Shown here piece by piece: positions 13,501-26,880 of a DNA stretch of 64,000 nt (position 1 is its first letter; the number at the start of each line of letters is the position of its first letter). The translations under genes were made by a program, and so were the position numbers. This DNA is from Nymphaea colorata (taxonomy: Eukaryota). The stretch spans positions 25,916,001 to 25,980,000 of the forward strand of contig NC_045138.2 of assembly GCF_008831285.2 (NCBI RefSeq), given 5' to 3'. A model generated the notes under the pieces. The model was not told where the DNA came from. It did no database searches and saw only the letters and a program-made list of their open reading frames with translations.

Positions 13501-16500
13501 TTCAGGTGGCCCTTTTGCTATCTCTCTTATCCAGTGTATCTCCCTCTCTTGCTCTCTCTCACATTCATATATATGAGGTCTCTCTCTCTTTTCGTTTTTT
13601 GGCATCCATCCCTTTCACCTTTACGTGAGTTTACATTAACATAAATAAGTAACACAAATGGAATATTGTTTAGATAGTTAGTTATATGTTGGTTTTCGTA
13701 AAAAAAAGGTTGACAAAACTTGGTTGAGTCATCGATTTGACCCTTCGATTGAAGAGCCGTGAATGGACAAGTCAAGTCCTGGGTCACCGGATTTTAAAAT
13801 ATTGATATTCATTCGTGTTGATAATGTCACAAGAAAAATAGGTGGTTCGAATGAAATATCAACTTCAAATAGTTAGTGGGCAAACCACAAGATCAGGCTT
13901 GCACTGGTTGGCTACTGCTTGTGGGTTAGCAAGTTGACTCGACAACCAATTTGGATCAGGTCATAAATTTTGATAGTGCCTTTTAGTACAGGTATATAGT
14001 AAAACTGTAAAGCAAGTTAATTAACTAATGAAATTTTTTATTGGCAAATTTTGGTTAAATTAAGAAAGCAAATTAACCAGCTGAAGAAATACTACTAGCA
14101 ACCAAGGGTTGGTGAGAGATAGAGAGACTTAGACTTGGTAATGGGTGTTGGATATCATGACCAACCATCATTTGTGGATGGCCAGTTTTGGCCACTTTGG
14201 GATGACTTTGGAGAGGATAAGGCATATCCTGAAACCCTCAATCATAGTTTGACAACTTATGTACAAGCAAATATATCCTGCTTTTATGAATGAACCGGCT
14301 CAAAACCCCAATAGGACTTGTTGATGAGTTGTATTGGTTACAAATAGATCAATTCAGGATTAGGTGACCTTGATCCGACTTACTGAGTGTCAAGTCAGAT
14401 AAGTCAAACCCTAATCCTCCAAGATTTGGTTGTGGATGGATTAGTGCTAGAAAGTTGACTGTCCTTGGGTAATCTGAGTTGACCCGAGAGATTCCAAGTT
14501 GACTTGTTTGGTTTTGCCAACTACTGCTGTGAACCCTAATGATGGGTGTACTTCTAGTTTTATAGATATGAAAGTTGCCTTGCATGGACTTGATATATAT
14601 TATATAGCATGCTTTTGTTATTTGGACTTTGGACATGTCATCGCATTGGGTAAACCATGAGGATATGAAAAATGTTGTAAAACATGTAAAGGGACCTGTA
14701 TTGGTCGGTCCAAAGTTAAATATGTAATATAATACAAAAAATCAACTTAACTTTTTTATGTTAGAAAATCAGAAAACTAAAATTCAGAAACGTACAAAAT
14801 AGTAAGACAAAATTAGGAAAAATAGGAAAGAATCTATACGAAAAGCATTTCTTAAAGTTTTACTCGCCTTTCATTTTCAACATTTTTAAGAGTTATGGGA
14901 GGGTGAGTTTTCATCATTTTAAAAAGAATTTGCCAAGAAATCATTGTCTTAAGGGAGAGATCACCAACTTGAAGGAATGAGGATGAAGATGAAGAAGATA
15001 ATGATTATTGTATCGATTGATAATAATCATGATGTTACTTATTCATAAACGTTATCTCAATTCTCATTTGACAGTGACCGAGTATGGATTATACGTTTTG
15101 ATATGATGTAAAATACTTTAAACCTTGGACTTTATTTTATTATGTCGTTACTTAAGAACGATGAATCATGAGCTTTCATTATCTGTGCAATGAGATTTTT
15201 TATATAAAACACATTTTTCTTGATTTTTTCTCTATTTTTCTGATTTTTTATGAATTAAAAAATAAGTTTATGATATGTTTACAATACGCTTACGATACGT
15301 TACGATACGCATATAGGTCGGCGTGACCGATACACCTTAGGGTACACCTTTTCCAAGTAGTAACTTAATTATTTGCCCTTCAAAAGTAGGTTCCTGTTAA
15401 ATCTTGTCGCAAAGTTTTTCTTCACCTTCCGCACGAGTTTAACTTTGTCCCCTTGTCTAATCACTTGTTAATCTTGCTACCAAGAAAATGTGGGAAAAAA
15501 AATTGCTGTAGAGATTTTCTTCTTGTATGTTGGGATAACTTTATGGCTTAGTTGCACTGGTTTCTGCAGATAATTCTCATGAAACCAACTCAAGTAGTCA
15601 TATGGAAGATGTCAGTCCTTCGTGTTTAGTCCCTAGAGAAACAGAAGCTGATGCTACACCAAAAGCCAATAGTGTAAAGAGTCATGGCAGCCTTGATGCT
15701 GTTAGATCTTCAGCTGAGGTGCTAGTTGCAACTGTGGCTCATTCTATGAGGTGTTTGGATTCTGAATTAACAACTTCAGGTAAAAGTTAAAACATATGCT
15801 CTCATTTGATATGATGGAATACTATCTGCACCGGCAAAATAACAATTGAGAAAGACTAACCAGATCAAAGAATTGCTCATGCTTTTGAAGGTCGAGAAGG
15901 GAGTACGACCTCTGATCTTGATAATGATGGCATTGTAGCTGAGAAGAATAAACCTGCTCATCTTAGCAATGCAAAAGTGCATGTTGAAATGCGATCCCAT
16001 GAAGTATGTAGGGATGATGAATCTATAGATGGAAAAAAGCATCTCTGTGAGCAAAGAGACATGCAGTCTACTGGGGATCAGAAACTGAATTCATTTAGGT
16101 ATGTCATGTTGGTTCTATGACAATGTTACATGTGAAGAAAGATCAAAATGATATCGTGACTTAGCTTTTTCCATTCAACCTGGTGCTAAGTTGTCGTCAT
16201 TAAATGTCCTTCCTATTTTTCAGCTTGGATGATACACACCAAACGCCTCAGACTTGGTCTCTGTGTGCAGAAGGAAATAACAAAAAGCGACAGGCAATAG
16301 CATGTGCATTTTTTGCAAAGGGTTGGTGCATAAAGGGGAACTCATGTACATTCTTGCATCAAAATGGAAGCACTGGTGGTGATGCAGGTAAAACTTTACT
16401 TTCTTTCTGGAGACAAGAACATCAATGATTCAATGACTACTCAAACATAGCTTTTTAATTGGCATATAATCCTGAATCAGGGAAAGACACTGGAAAAATA

Positions 16501-18297
16501 AACATGCTGTCGAATAGTCAAATGGAAGGGTCTTTCCAATGTGCTGATACTGTAACAAGTTCAGGACCTTCAGGTCTCCTGCAGGAGCATGTTTCCCTTG
16601 TTCATGATGGCAAAAGTGGAAAAGATGATAAGTTAGATGACCCTATGTTTTTCATCCATCAGGAAAATTTAGGGTTCAGATCAGAAATGGAGTATCAACA
16701 TGTCAAATCAGTCATAAATGAATTTCAACAATCACCTTTTGAGAGGGATGATTCGAGGGAAGGATTGATGCCCCATCCTGTCCTGAGTGCGCCAGTCCAT
16801 CCATTGTTCACTAATGAAGGCCTAAAGGTGTATAGTAGTCCCTTTGAGGAGCTTCCAGCTCATAGAACTTTGAATTTTCAGCATCAACAGTTCAACAGTA
16901 TACAGTCAGGTTCTGAGGATTTGCACTTTAGAAATTTAGTGAGAGGTGCTAGAGGTGTCCAAGAAACTGCTGGGAGGTGTTTCATAGGCAGTGAAGTAAC
17001 TGGAAGACCATCTCCCTTTGATCTTCCTACTTTGACCTCAAAAAATGAGTCTTTGTTATCTAATGCTCCTAACTATAGGTTTGTATCAAATGGTTTGTTG
17101 AAATATGGTATTCATGGCAATGCAAGTAGCCCCTCTGTCTATGATAGAAATGGAAGGCAATCTGTCAGTCCAAATCAGAGTTCATGTTTGACTATATTTG
17201 ATAATATTTCGAAGTTAGATGAGTGCAGTAGCTATATGGCTAACACATCTTCTGTTATGCCAGCTTTAGCCTATGCACTTGATAGAGATAGGTCATCATA
17301 TTACGGAGGGATTTCTCCTATGAGTAAGTTAGAATGTCAGTACAAACTTTCACGTGATGATATTGAATACTCCCTTTCAAGTTCTGGTTCTCGTCCAAGA
17401 AATTCTCCATCGTATTACACAAGTTCTGAGAATGGAAAGTTGATGCATATTGATGCAAGCAATCCATCAGCTTCCGGCGGGTATACGACTAGCTCTTATT
17501 CATATTCCTGGGAGCCATCTGTGCCTTTTCGATCATCTTTCCTTCATGCATCAGCAAGGTTGTTGTCTGAAAGCCCGTGTGATTCTATTCATGATAGCAT
17601 TGAGCCTTCTAGTAAAGGAGCTAATGGGACCTCACAGGCTTCTGATTTTGTTAACGGCAACAATTTTGGCAATACACTCCCAGAGCCTTCAAGTAGTAGT
17701 AATATCATCACTGGGTTTGATGACAAGAGCTTTCAGAAAGAGACGTCCTTTCATGATGCTAAAGTAGGAAAGGGGGCTTATCTACCTAGAGGTGAGCAGA
17801 AATTTCTTATGCCAATTAAGAAAATATCTGGTAATGGCAATTCTGCTGATTTACCAACTGCTAGTAACACAGAATCACATGATGATGTGGCACATCTAGC
17901 GGGTGATGAAAAGGATATAAAGGAGACAAAGGCAATGAAGTGCTTCCGAGCTGTCCTTATCGACTTTGTGAAAGAGCTGGTGAGACCATCATGGCAACAT
18001 GGTAATTTGAGTAAAGATGCCCACAAGCTAGTAGTTAAAAAGTCCGTTGGCAAAGTGCTCAGTTCAATGCATTCCCATCAGATGCCAAGCAATTCTGAAG
18101 CAATTGAGCAATTTCTGTCTCTTTCTCGTCCAAAAATTTCAAAGCTGGTGCAGGTGTGTACCTGAACTGTGACAAGGATCCTATAATAGTTTTTCCTTCC
18201 TAACTGGCATAATGATATGGCCATGCCCCTTGGGCGTTTCTGTTTCTTGCAGGGTTATGTTGCAAAGTATGCCAAAGCCCGAGAAGCTACCAAGTGA
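10535..18297 (+). CDS. FES1: FRIGIDA-ESSENTIAL 1-like CCCH zinc-finger protein; exons approx. 10535-10631, 15570-15779, 15865-16098, 16224-16387, 16481-18153, 18253-18297
   Basis: C-x8-C-x5-C-x3-H finger CAFFAKGWCIKGNSCTFLH, the WEPSVPFR motif, and the C-terminal FRAVLIDFVKELVRPSWQHGNLSKDAHKLVVKKSV...SRPKISKLVQ|GYVAKYAK domain typical of FES1 and related plant C3H proteins. All junctions are GT-AG and phase-consistent. Exon 1 is the least certain. Confidence 0.85.
14635..15350 (+). mobile_element. Decayed non-autonomous DNA-transposon relic (hAT-like) in FES1 intron 1
   Basis: Subterminal tacgatacg/cgatac repeats at ~15280-15335, and homology to an inverted copy at ~18920-19535. Confidence 0.45.
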
Positions 18298-18919
18298 AGG
18301 TTTTAAGTGTATGGGCAGTGCAGCGGCCTGTTCAATTTTTGTTTGTTTTCTAAATACAAAGGATAACTGAGGTGCTTGTATGTATGCCTTTGCTTTATAA
18401 CTCATACAATTGAGGTCTGTGCTACTGGCCTATGAGAGAGAGCTGAAAATAAAAAGTTATTTGGACCAAGAATCAAGATGATAATGTTGCTTTTGGTGCT
18501 TTATTTGATATTCAACTTGGTAACCAGAGCTGTCAAGATGCTATTGGGATGAGAAACTTGAAGCACCTGATTCCCTTTTGTCTTTAATCTGATACACTGA
18601 CTGGAATTTTCAGTGTATGTTCACATGCACCGGCTTTCCAATCTTTTGGTACAAAGAAAAGTTTGAGATTCTATTTGTCATCTTGCCTTTACATATCAAT
18701 GGTCAAATGGGAAGATTTGATTGTTGCTAGAAAGATCAAATGCAAAGAAAGTCGAACTTCTAATAATGGGAGCACACAAGGCCATGGTCCAAAATTTTGG
18801 GTGTGCTTTAATGAAGATTAATTGTCGACCTTTTTAGGTCTCACGTTGGTTTGTCAATGCAATATTGTAAAGTGCATCTTGAATGTGTATTAGCTGGGCT
18901 AATAATTAGATATGTACCA

Positions 18920-19535
18920 CAACTTATCATAAAAATTGTAGATTTTTATATGTTAAGAAATTCAAAAGTTAGAAAGAAATAAGAAAAAATCAAGAAAGTA
19001 TCTTGTCTATAAAAAGCAAGTCACACATAAATATAGCAATGGACATCCATTATTTTAGTATAACATAATGTCAAAACGCAAGAAGAAATAAGTATAAAGT
19101 CTTATACATCACAAAATCAACTTTATTCAGTGCAAGGAACAAATAACAATATGTTTTACCTTTCACAGTTAAAATCATGAATCTCACTTTCTTCAACCAC
19201 AAATCAATCTTCTATGTACAAATCTAGCATCAAATCGACAGTTTTCTTTCAAATATCATTTTTTTCTCAAAGTGGCAACATCTCCTTCACACTCAAGTCC
19301 TAAGGGTGTCTAGCAGTCGGTGTGAAGAGATTTTCAAGACCACTTAAAATCAGGTCTGGGACCTTTTTTTCACTGCCAACATATTGTACAATAAGGGGGT
19401 GCATTTCACCAGCCACCACATTATAGATACAGTGGATATGGTGTGATATGGCAAGGTGTAAGGTATCACCAATAATAAAAATTATGATACATATCCTATG
19501 ATACGGCCCCGTATCATATGATACGTGCAACACTA
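18920..19535 (-). mobile_element. Second copy, inverted, of the same decayed non-autonomous element
   Basis: The reverse complement of ~18925-19125 (tgatgtataagactttatac...tttcttgattttttc) aligns by eye with ~15100-15280 (tgatgtaaaatactttaaac...tttcttgattttttc). gtatc/gatac terminal repeats lie near 19500. Confidence 0.45.
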
Positions 19536-19640
19536 CTTTAAGTTCATATTATAATTTTTTTTTTTTTTTACATTTTTCAATATTGTTTCCAGATGTTGGA
19601 GTTTTTAGCTTGATCTTCAAGTACTTTCCCACATGATTAG

Positions 19641-20498
19641 TGTCACATCCCGACCTTTTTAACCCTCAAACTATCTTTTTTTTTTTTTTTTTAAACATAA
19701 GGCATCGAGGTGTGACTACCCAATAATTCAAAAAGACGATGAGCCAAGCAATTCAAAACAATGAGGCGAACTTTCATTGATATAACCATTTTGTTTCATA
19801 CAAATTCACATCTATGTGCATAACCAAAATGCCCCAAAATCACTAACATTGATGTCTAACAAAAAGAAGACATCAATAAAACCAAAACATGACGCGCCGG
19901 CACTACAAACGACAATCCCAAAACCACCCCAGTAGGACGTGAGTGAAGCCATCTGCTCAACTTGTTGCCCCGGGTCCGCCAAAACCTGAAAAGGAAAACA
20001 ACTGAAGGCTCAGCCTTCGCAGTATGACAACAAGCCAGGAAAATGCCAAACCCTCTCAAGTAAGACTCAAATATACAAGCAAACATCAGAACGATCTATC
20101 ATTATGTCGTGTCAGGACACGACATGCAGAGGCCACTCAATGGCTACAATAACATAATTTCAATCACATGCAAGGCATCATCAACATGTCACTTGCATTC
20201 ATAAGCACAACAGTCACATGTACAACAATCCTATACATTTCAATCACATACATTTCAGTTTCATTACTATCAGTGAATTTACAGTTCCTGTGGGTGCAAA
20301 CACAGGCACGTGCACACCGCGGGCGGCCCACAGCCGAGAGACAACCCCCGTGGTGGCCCAGAACAGTATGGATCCATCTATCCGCTGCAGCGGTAGAGCA
20401 CTCATCCATGGATGTGTGAATTCCAAGGAGAGATACTCAGCCTTCCCTAGGACACCCAGGTTGGGAAGGCGGGAGCCTACGCTCCAAGCACATCACAC
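19641..20498 (-). repeat. Truncated 3' LTR (terminal ~858 bp only)
   Basis: Near-identical to 23848-24711. Identity stops abruptly after gcacatcacac, where pol sequence begins. Confidence 0.95.
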
Positions 20499-23400
20499 CT
20501 TGTAACAAATTCCAAGAACATGCTAACATACTGTACATCGTTGCCTTAGCTTGCCTGCTCAAAGCATCAGCCACCACATTCGCCTTGCCTGGATGATATG
20601 ATATCGTGAAATCATAATCTTTTAGGTATTCAATCCATCTTCTTTGCCTCAAATTAAGATCCCTTTGGGAGAATATATATTTCAAAGACTTGTGATCTGT
20701 AAACACTTCAAATGTTGCCCCATAGAGATAATGCCTTCAAATCTTTAGTGCAAACACAATTGCTCCCAACTCCAAATCGTGAGTGGGATAGTGTTGTTCG
20801 TGTGTCTTCAACTGCCTTGATGCATAAGCCACCACACGGCCATTTTGCATCAGTACACAACCATAACCGATTCCTGATGCATCTGTGTACAATACAAAAC
20901 CCGAATGACCTGATGGAAGCGTCAGAATAGGAGCAGCAGTAAGCTTGTCCTTCAGAGTTTGAAAACTCCTCTCGCACTCTTCATTCCAAATAAACTTCAC
21001 TCCTTTTCTCAATAGCTTAGTCATTGGTGTAGCTATTTTCGAAAAGTCTTGTATAAACCTGCGATAATATCCTGCCAATCCCAAAAAGCTTCTAACCTCG
21101 GTTACACTGCATGGCGTCCTCCAGTCCTGCACAGTTGACACCTTAGCCGGATCGACGGATACTCCATCCTTAGAGATTACATGACCCAGAAAGTTTACCT
21201 TCTCTAGCCAAAATTCACATTTTGAATACTTGGCATATAACTTATGCTTGCGCAAAAGACCCAATACACTTCTCAAGTGATCTCTATGCTCTGTCACACT
21301 CTCTGAGTACACCAAAATATCATCAACAAAAACAATAACAAATCGATCCAAGAACTCTTGGAAAACTCGATTTATGAGGTCCATGAACGCTGCAGGAGCA
21401 TTGGTCAACCCAAAAGGCATGACCCTGAATTCATAGTGCCCATATCTGGTTCGAAAAGCAGTCTTAGCAACATTCTCCTCTCGTATCAAGAGTTGATGAT
21501 AACCTGTCCTCAGATCGATCTTGGAGAAAACCTTTGCATCCTTAAGCTGATCAAACAAGTCTTCGATTCTAGGAAGCGGATACTTATTCTTGATGGTGAC
21601 TTGATTCAACATGCGGTAGTCAATACACAAACGCATTGTCCCATCTTTCTTCTTCACAAACAACACTGGTGCTCCCCACGGTGACACACTAGGTCGGATG
21701 AAGCCCTTGTCTAAGAGCTCCTGCAGTTGCTTCTTCAATTCTTCTAACTCTGCTGGTGCCATACGATAGGGTGCCTTAGAAATAGGAGCTGTCCCTGGTG
21801 ACAACTCTATCTTGAACTCCACTTCTCGTGTTGGAGGCAAACTTGACAGTTCCTCAGGAAACACATCAGGGTACTCACTCACAACTGCCACATCCGGTAA
21901 CCTCACCGGTTCCGTCTCATTGGTCAACACATTGACCAAGAAAGCAACACTTCGATTTTTTATCAATCGTTTAGCTTTCAATGCAGACACCATTATCTTA
22001 TCAGTTCGACTGGCCTTACGAGCATGGAACTCCACAGGTTGCATTTCATCAGTCTACAACTGTATCTGCTTCTTCCTGCAATCTATATTAGCATAATGTG
22101 TGCATATAACCAATCCATGCCCAAAATCACATCAAATTCGTTAAAACTCATGATCACCAACTGTGCAGGTAAGTGATGTTGATGGATCTCCACGTCCACA
22201 TCAGATAGATACTCACTACACGACTCTTGAGCATGCATAGGGCTAACAACTTTCAGAACATACGGCATCTTCCTAGCACGCACTTCTAGTGAAGTAGCAA
22301 ATCGACTAGATATAAATGAATGGGTCGCCCCAGCATCAAACAACACTCTAGCAATATGAGAACCAACAAGTAAAGTACCTTCAACAAGGTCGTGTGCCTG
22401 AAGCTCCTCCACGGTAGTAGCATAGACACGTCCAGTCGTCTGTCGTGCGCTAGAAGGACCGGCCTCTGGCTTCTTCAACTCTCTTTCTTTCTTTAAGGGA
22501 CAATCCTTGATAAAGTGCCCCATCCTTCCACAGTGTAAGCAAGCTTCGATCTCTCGATAGCACGGCTTTCCAGGGTGCACACGTGAACAAGTAGGGCACT
22601 TCTGAGAAGTCGGAGTGGCCACTGACCCTTGGGTAGCCTCGCTACGGGTTGGCTGGTTCCGTCTGAAAGTTCGGTCATCCCGCCTCTCATAAGGCCTTGT
22701 CCTGCCTGCAAAGTGGTGGCGCTTCACCTGGGTTCGTCCACCTTGTGAATGCTGGCCTGCTTTCATCTAGTGATCCTTCTGTGTCCTCGCCCAGTCTTCT
22801 TCTATACATCTTGCCATAGTGACCGCCTCGTCCAAGTCACGAGGTCTGCTCGTCAAAACTTTGGTTCGCAGTCCCTCCCGCAGACCGCGCACAAACTTGC
22901 CTGCTCTGGCTCCGTCTGTAGTGTAGAAGTGTGGGCAATACGCCTCCAAGTGTCGATATCTTGTAATATATTCCTCCAAGCTCATTTGATTTTGCTGTAG
23001 ATCAAGAAACTCTTGCATGTTCTTGTCTCTAGCATGCACTGGGTAGTAGGTGTTGAGGAAGGAATCTCTAAACTGCTTTCAAGAAATTGACGGTTGGCCT
23101 GCATACCGGATCTCAAGAGTTGATTTCCACCAGTCCATGGCATCACCTTTCAGCAGGTAAGTGACATAGTTCACTTTGTCTTCCTCAGGCATCTTCAGAA
23201 GCACAAAGATGCGTTCAACTTCCTCAATCCACTGCTTTGCTTTATCGTGACTGCACCCTCCTGAAAAGATAGGCGGCTGCATCGCCATGAATTGTTGAAA
23301 CGACACCGCTGACGCCTTCTCCTTAAGTGGCGCAGTGGTGTCTCCTGAAGGAGACGCATTACTCCTCTGGTTACTGACTATGGACTGCACAAGGGAGGTC

Positions 23401-23612
23401 AGTGTTTGCAACGTGGTCAGCAAAATAGACTGTTGATCCACAGGTGGAGTCTGCCTCAGTGGGGTTTGAGCACCCCCACCCAGTTGGGCATACTGGTGCC
23501 CTGACGTACTGTCATCGCGTGGGGTATGCGCATCAGAATGGGCCGGACTAGGCTCTCTCTGTGCCTCTATGGACGGCCCAGCTCGCTTCTTACTCTTACG
23601 ATGATATTCCAT
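20499..23612 (-). pseudogene. Disrupted gag-pol polyprotein (Gag, zinc knuckle, aspartic protease, RT, RNase H)
   Basis: Retrotrans_gag motifs (WIEEVERIF, LKGDAMDWW, LEEYITRY), CCHC knuckle CLHCGRMGHFIKDC, protease LFDAGATHSFI, RT ...[10 protein letters not shown], RNase [33 protein letters not shown]. Stops at ~23079 and ~22767; frameshifts near 22090 and 20730. Confidence 0.95.
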
Positions 23613-23829
23613 CTGTACAAACAAGAGCCTTAATCTCAAATCCAGTCTATGACTAATCTCACAAATCAAATCACAACGTGCATTAGCACGAAGTTCAAAA
23701 CATAGATCACATTACGTACTTATACGTGAAAAAGCATAACCACAATAACAATCTAATCAAATGAATGCGTACCTGGGCAACACGGCTTTACAAATAGGCT
23801 TTAACTCACATCCATAGTGGGGTTTGTCA

Positions 23830-23843
23830 TGGCTCTGATACCA
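23830..23843 (-). promoter_or_regulatory. Primer-binding site complementary to the 3' end of tRNA-iMet
   Basis: Minus strand reads TGGTATCAGAGCCA, 4 nt downstream of the LTR end. Confidence 0.95.
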
Positions 23844-23847
23844 AAAC

Positions 23848-26800
23848 TGTCACACCCCGACCTTTTTAACCCTCAAACTATTTTTTTTTTTTTTTTTTTT
23901 TTTTTAAACATAAGGCATCGAGGTGTGACTACCCAATAATTCAAAAAGACGATGAGCCAAGCAATTCAAAACAATGAGGCGAACTTTCATTGATATAACC
24001 ATTTTGTTTGATACAAATTCACATCTATGTGCATAACCAAAATGCCCCAAAATCACTAACATTGATGCCTAACAAAAAGAAGACATCAATAAAACCAAAA
24101 CATGACGCGCCGGCACTACAAACGACAATCCCAAAACCACCCCAGTAGGACGTGAGTGAAGCCATCTGCTCAACCTGTTGCCCCGGGTCCGTCAAAACCT
24201 GAAAAGGAAAACAACTGAAGGCTCAGCCTTCGCAGTATGACAACAAGCTAGGAAAATGCCAAACCCTCTCAAGTAAGACTCAAATATACAAGCAAACATC
24301 AGAACGATCTATCATTATGTCGTGTCAGGACACGACATGCAGAGGCCACTCAATGGCTACAATAACATAATTTCAATCACATGCAAGGCATCATCAACAT
24401 GTCACTTGCATTCATAAGCACAACAGTCACATGTACAACAATCCTATACATTTCAATCACATACATTTCAGTTTCATTACTATCAGTGAATTTACAATTC
24501 TTGTGGGTGCAAACACAGGCACGTGCACACCGCGGGCGGCCCACAGCCGAGAGACAACCCCCGTGGTGGCCCAGAACAGTATGGATCCATCTATCCGCTG
24601 CAGCGGTAGAACACTCATCCATGGATGCGTGAATTCCAAGGAGAGATACTCAGCCTTCCCTAGGACACCCAGGTTGGGAAGGCGGGAGCCTACGCTCCAA
24701 GCACATCACACAACAGTACCCTGGGGCCTTGCACCGCCTGCGCTCCGAACAGGCGAGACCAGTGGCGAAAGCGGGACAACTCCCATACACATAGTCACAT
24801 CCCACTGGCCTCTCATCTCTTATTCTTTCATTCTTATACTTATACTTGCACAAACACATTTAACTGGCTAGCTCTTGAGGTTGGTTCACTTCACGAGTGA
24901 ACCCACACCTCCTATTGCCTCCACACGAGGGTTACACGTAACCACAACAGTTTTGGCTAGCCGTCATAACAATATGGGTACAACTACCCACTGTGCAAAC
25001 ATTTGCATCATTGCCCGCGGCAATGGGTATTCAATAAACATAACATTCACATTCATCATCATAACAATCACATCTTTGAAAACTTAGCCAAACCACAGAG
25101 AGTAGTCTCAATCTGTGGTGGGCTCGTAGCTGTCCTATGCAGTTATCATTCTACGATGTTTTCTAATGCACAATTGGGGTCGAGGAGATACTCGACTCGA
25201 TACCCCGCCTCATCTGTCCTAAACAGTTATCAATTCTAGCATGCACATGCAAATGCGTAACATTATCAAAACAATTACTATAAGCCTTTCAAAACAATTC
25301 ATATTATATATCAATTTATGTACATGCATACCCACATTCATCCACGGAACACTCAATCAATTCACATCACAAATCCTAGGATCCCATGATCCTAGGAACA
25401 CACATTCATTCACTTGCCCAGGCAGGGATTTGCCTGGAGTGTCGCCATACCTGTGGCGCGTTCACAAGAATCTTCAAAATGCCTCGAGCTTCGAATCCGG
25501 TAGCTCAAGGTCGACGGAACGTACCCGGTGTACCTGCAGACACAAACACAAGATAAGATTCCTACTTCATACCTCAACAATTCAAACAAAAACAAAACAA
25601 AGTCATTGAGGCACGTGTCATCGTCTCAAGAAGGTGTCGACGGGTAGTGTTGACCCACAAGTTCTCCAAAAGGGTCACTTCCCACTTCTAGCCGTGCCAA
25701 TAGATGCCAAAACTCAAAGCCATCAATCCGTCTATCACTAACGCCTTTCTCAAAACTCCCTTTTTCTTAAATCAAGGCGTCTACCCCAAAGACACATCCA
25801 ACTTATGTACGTTATCCCTATTTAACTCCAAGATGCACCCGTTCACAAAAATGCGTGCTACAAGCTCACTAAAACGGTCCTAAATCTTCCCCACAACCTC
25901 ACAAACTCTACCATGTTTCCCCTAATGCTTCGAAAATTAATCTATCATGCTTAAATGATCATCCAATATATGAATCTTCGCTTCCCAACATAATCGCAAG
26001 CTTTCCCCCAAAAACGAAAACACTAACATGTGTTCCAAATAATCAATTCTAAGCTCTAGCATGCTCAAACAATAATTATACGCGTTCCAAAGAGAAATAT
26101 ATCATAAAATAGGTTCAATTTCGCCTTGCTCACCCCGATTGAAGGTCTAAACTGCTGTAATCCTCCCGGCAGCCACCTCACGCGTCCAAGTGGTCCCCAA
26201 ACGGCTAAAATCCTCCAATGCCGCCACTACCAAGGCCTTCTCTAATTGCTGTTACGAGGGGGAGGACAAATCCCCAAGCTGAAAACGGAGCCAACAGTGA
26301 TAGCATAGTGCAAATCGGTGAGAGAAAGTGCTTGATTGGAGAAAATAGAAAACGAGCAGAAAATGGGGAGAGAGCGTGAAGCGTGGACAGAGAGGGAGGT
26401 CGAATAGAGGGAGAAAGAGGGAAAAACGGAGGGGGACTGATAGGGGAGAGAGTTCGGTCAAAAGGGGAAAAGAAGGCAGTGAGGGGAGAGGACGGGAGAG
26501 AAGAGAGAGTGAGGGGAGAGGACGGGAGAGAAGAGAGAGACGGTGGAGAGTGAGGGGAGTCGTTCGGTGGAGAGGGGAGACGAGAGACAGTGGGAGAGGG
26601 AGGAGGGAAAAGAAAACGGGAAGGAGAAGAAAAGAGAAGAGAGGAAGAGGCAAGGGATGACAGGGTTCACCTCAATGCCGCCGTCGTCGCCGCATTGAGG
26701 TGAATCGCCGTCGCCTTCTTCCCTGAGCTCCGGTCGTGGGTAAGGAAGAGACGGTAAGAGGAAAGCGAGGGAGAAGAGAAAGCGAGGGAGGAGGGACAGC

Positions 26801-26880
26801 GTCGGGCTCCTCTCGCGTGGGGCTAGGGTCCGGGGCTGGACCCTGACCCGACCCGCTCCGCCCAAACGCCGCGCGTTACA
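23848..26880 (-). repeat. Complete 5' LTR (~3033 bp)
   Basis: Reads TGTAAC...GTGACA on the minus strand, immediately followed by the PBS, with the TSD outside. Confidence 0.93.

Larger units (their letters stand above)
19641..26880 (-). mobile_element. Defective Ty3/gypsy LTR retrotransposon (Tekay/Del-like), internally deleted
   Basis: TG...CA termini, 5-bp TSD ATTAG at 19636-19640 and 26881-26885, shared LTR sequence (19641-20498 = 23848-24711), an iMet PBS, and gag-PR-RT-RNaseH in gypsy order. No integrase or PPT. Confidence 0.97.

Noticed and set aside
20164..20505. Duplicated small ORFs (also at 24377-24871)
   Set aside because: They are incidental frames in the two LTR copies.
25688..25703. 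agccgtgccaata resembles the miR171 core
   Set aside because: Partial match inside an LTR, with no hairpin.
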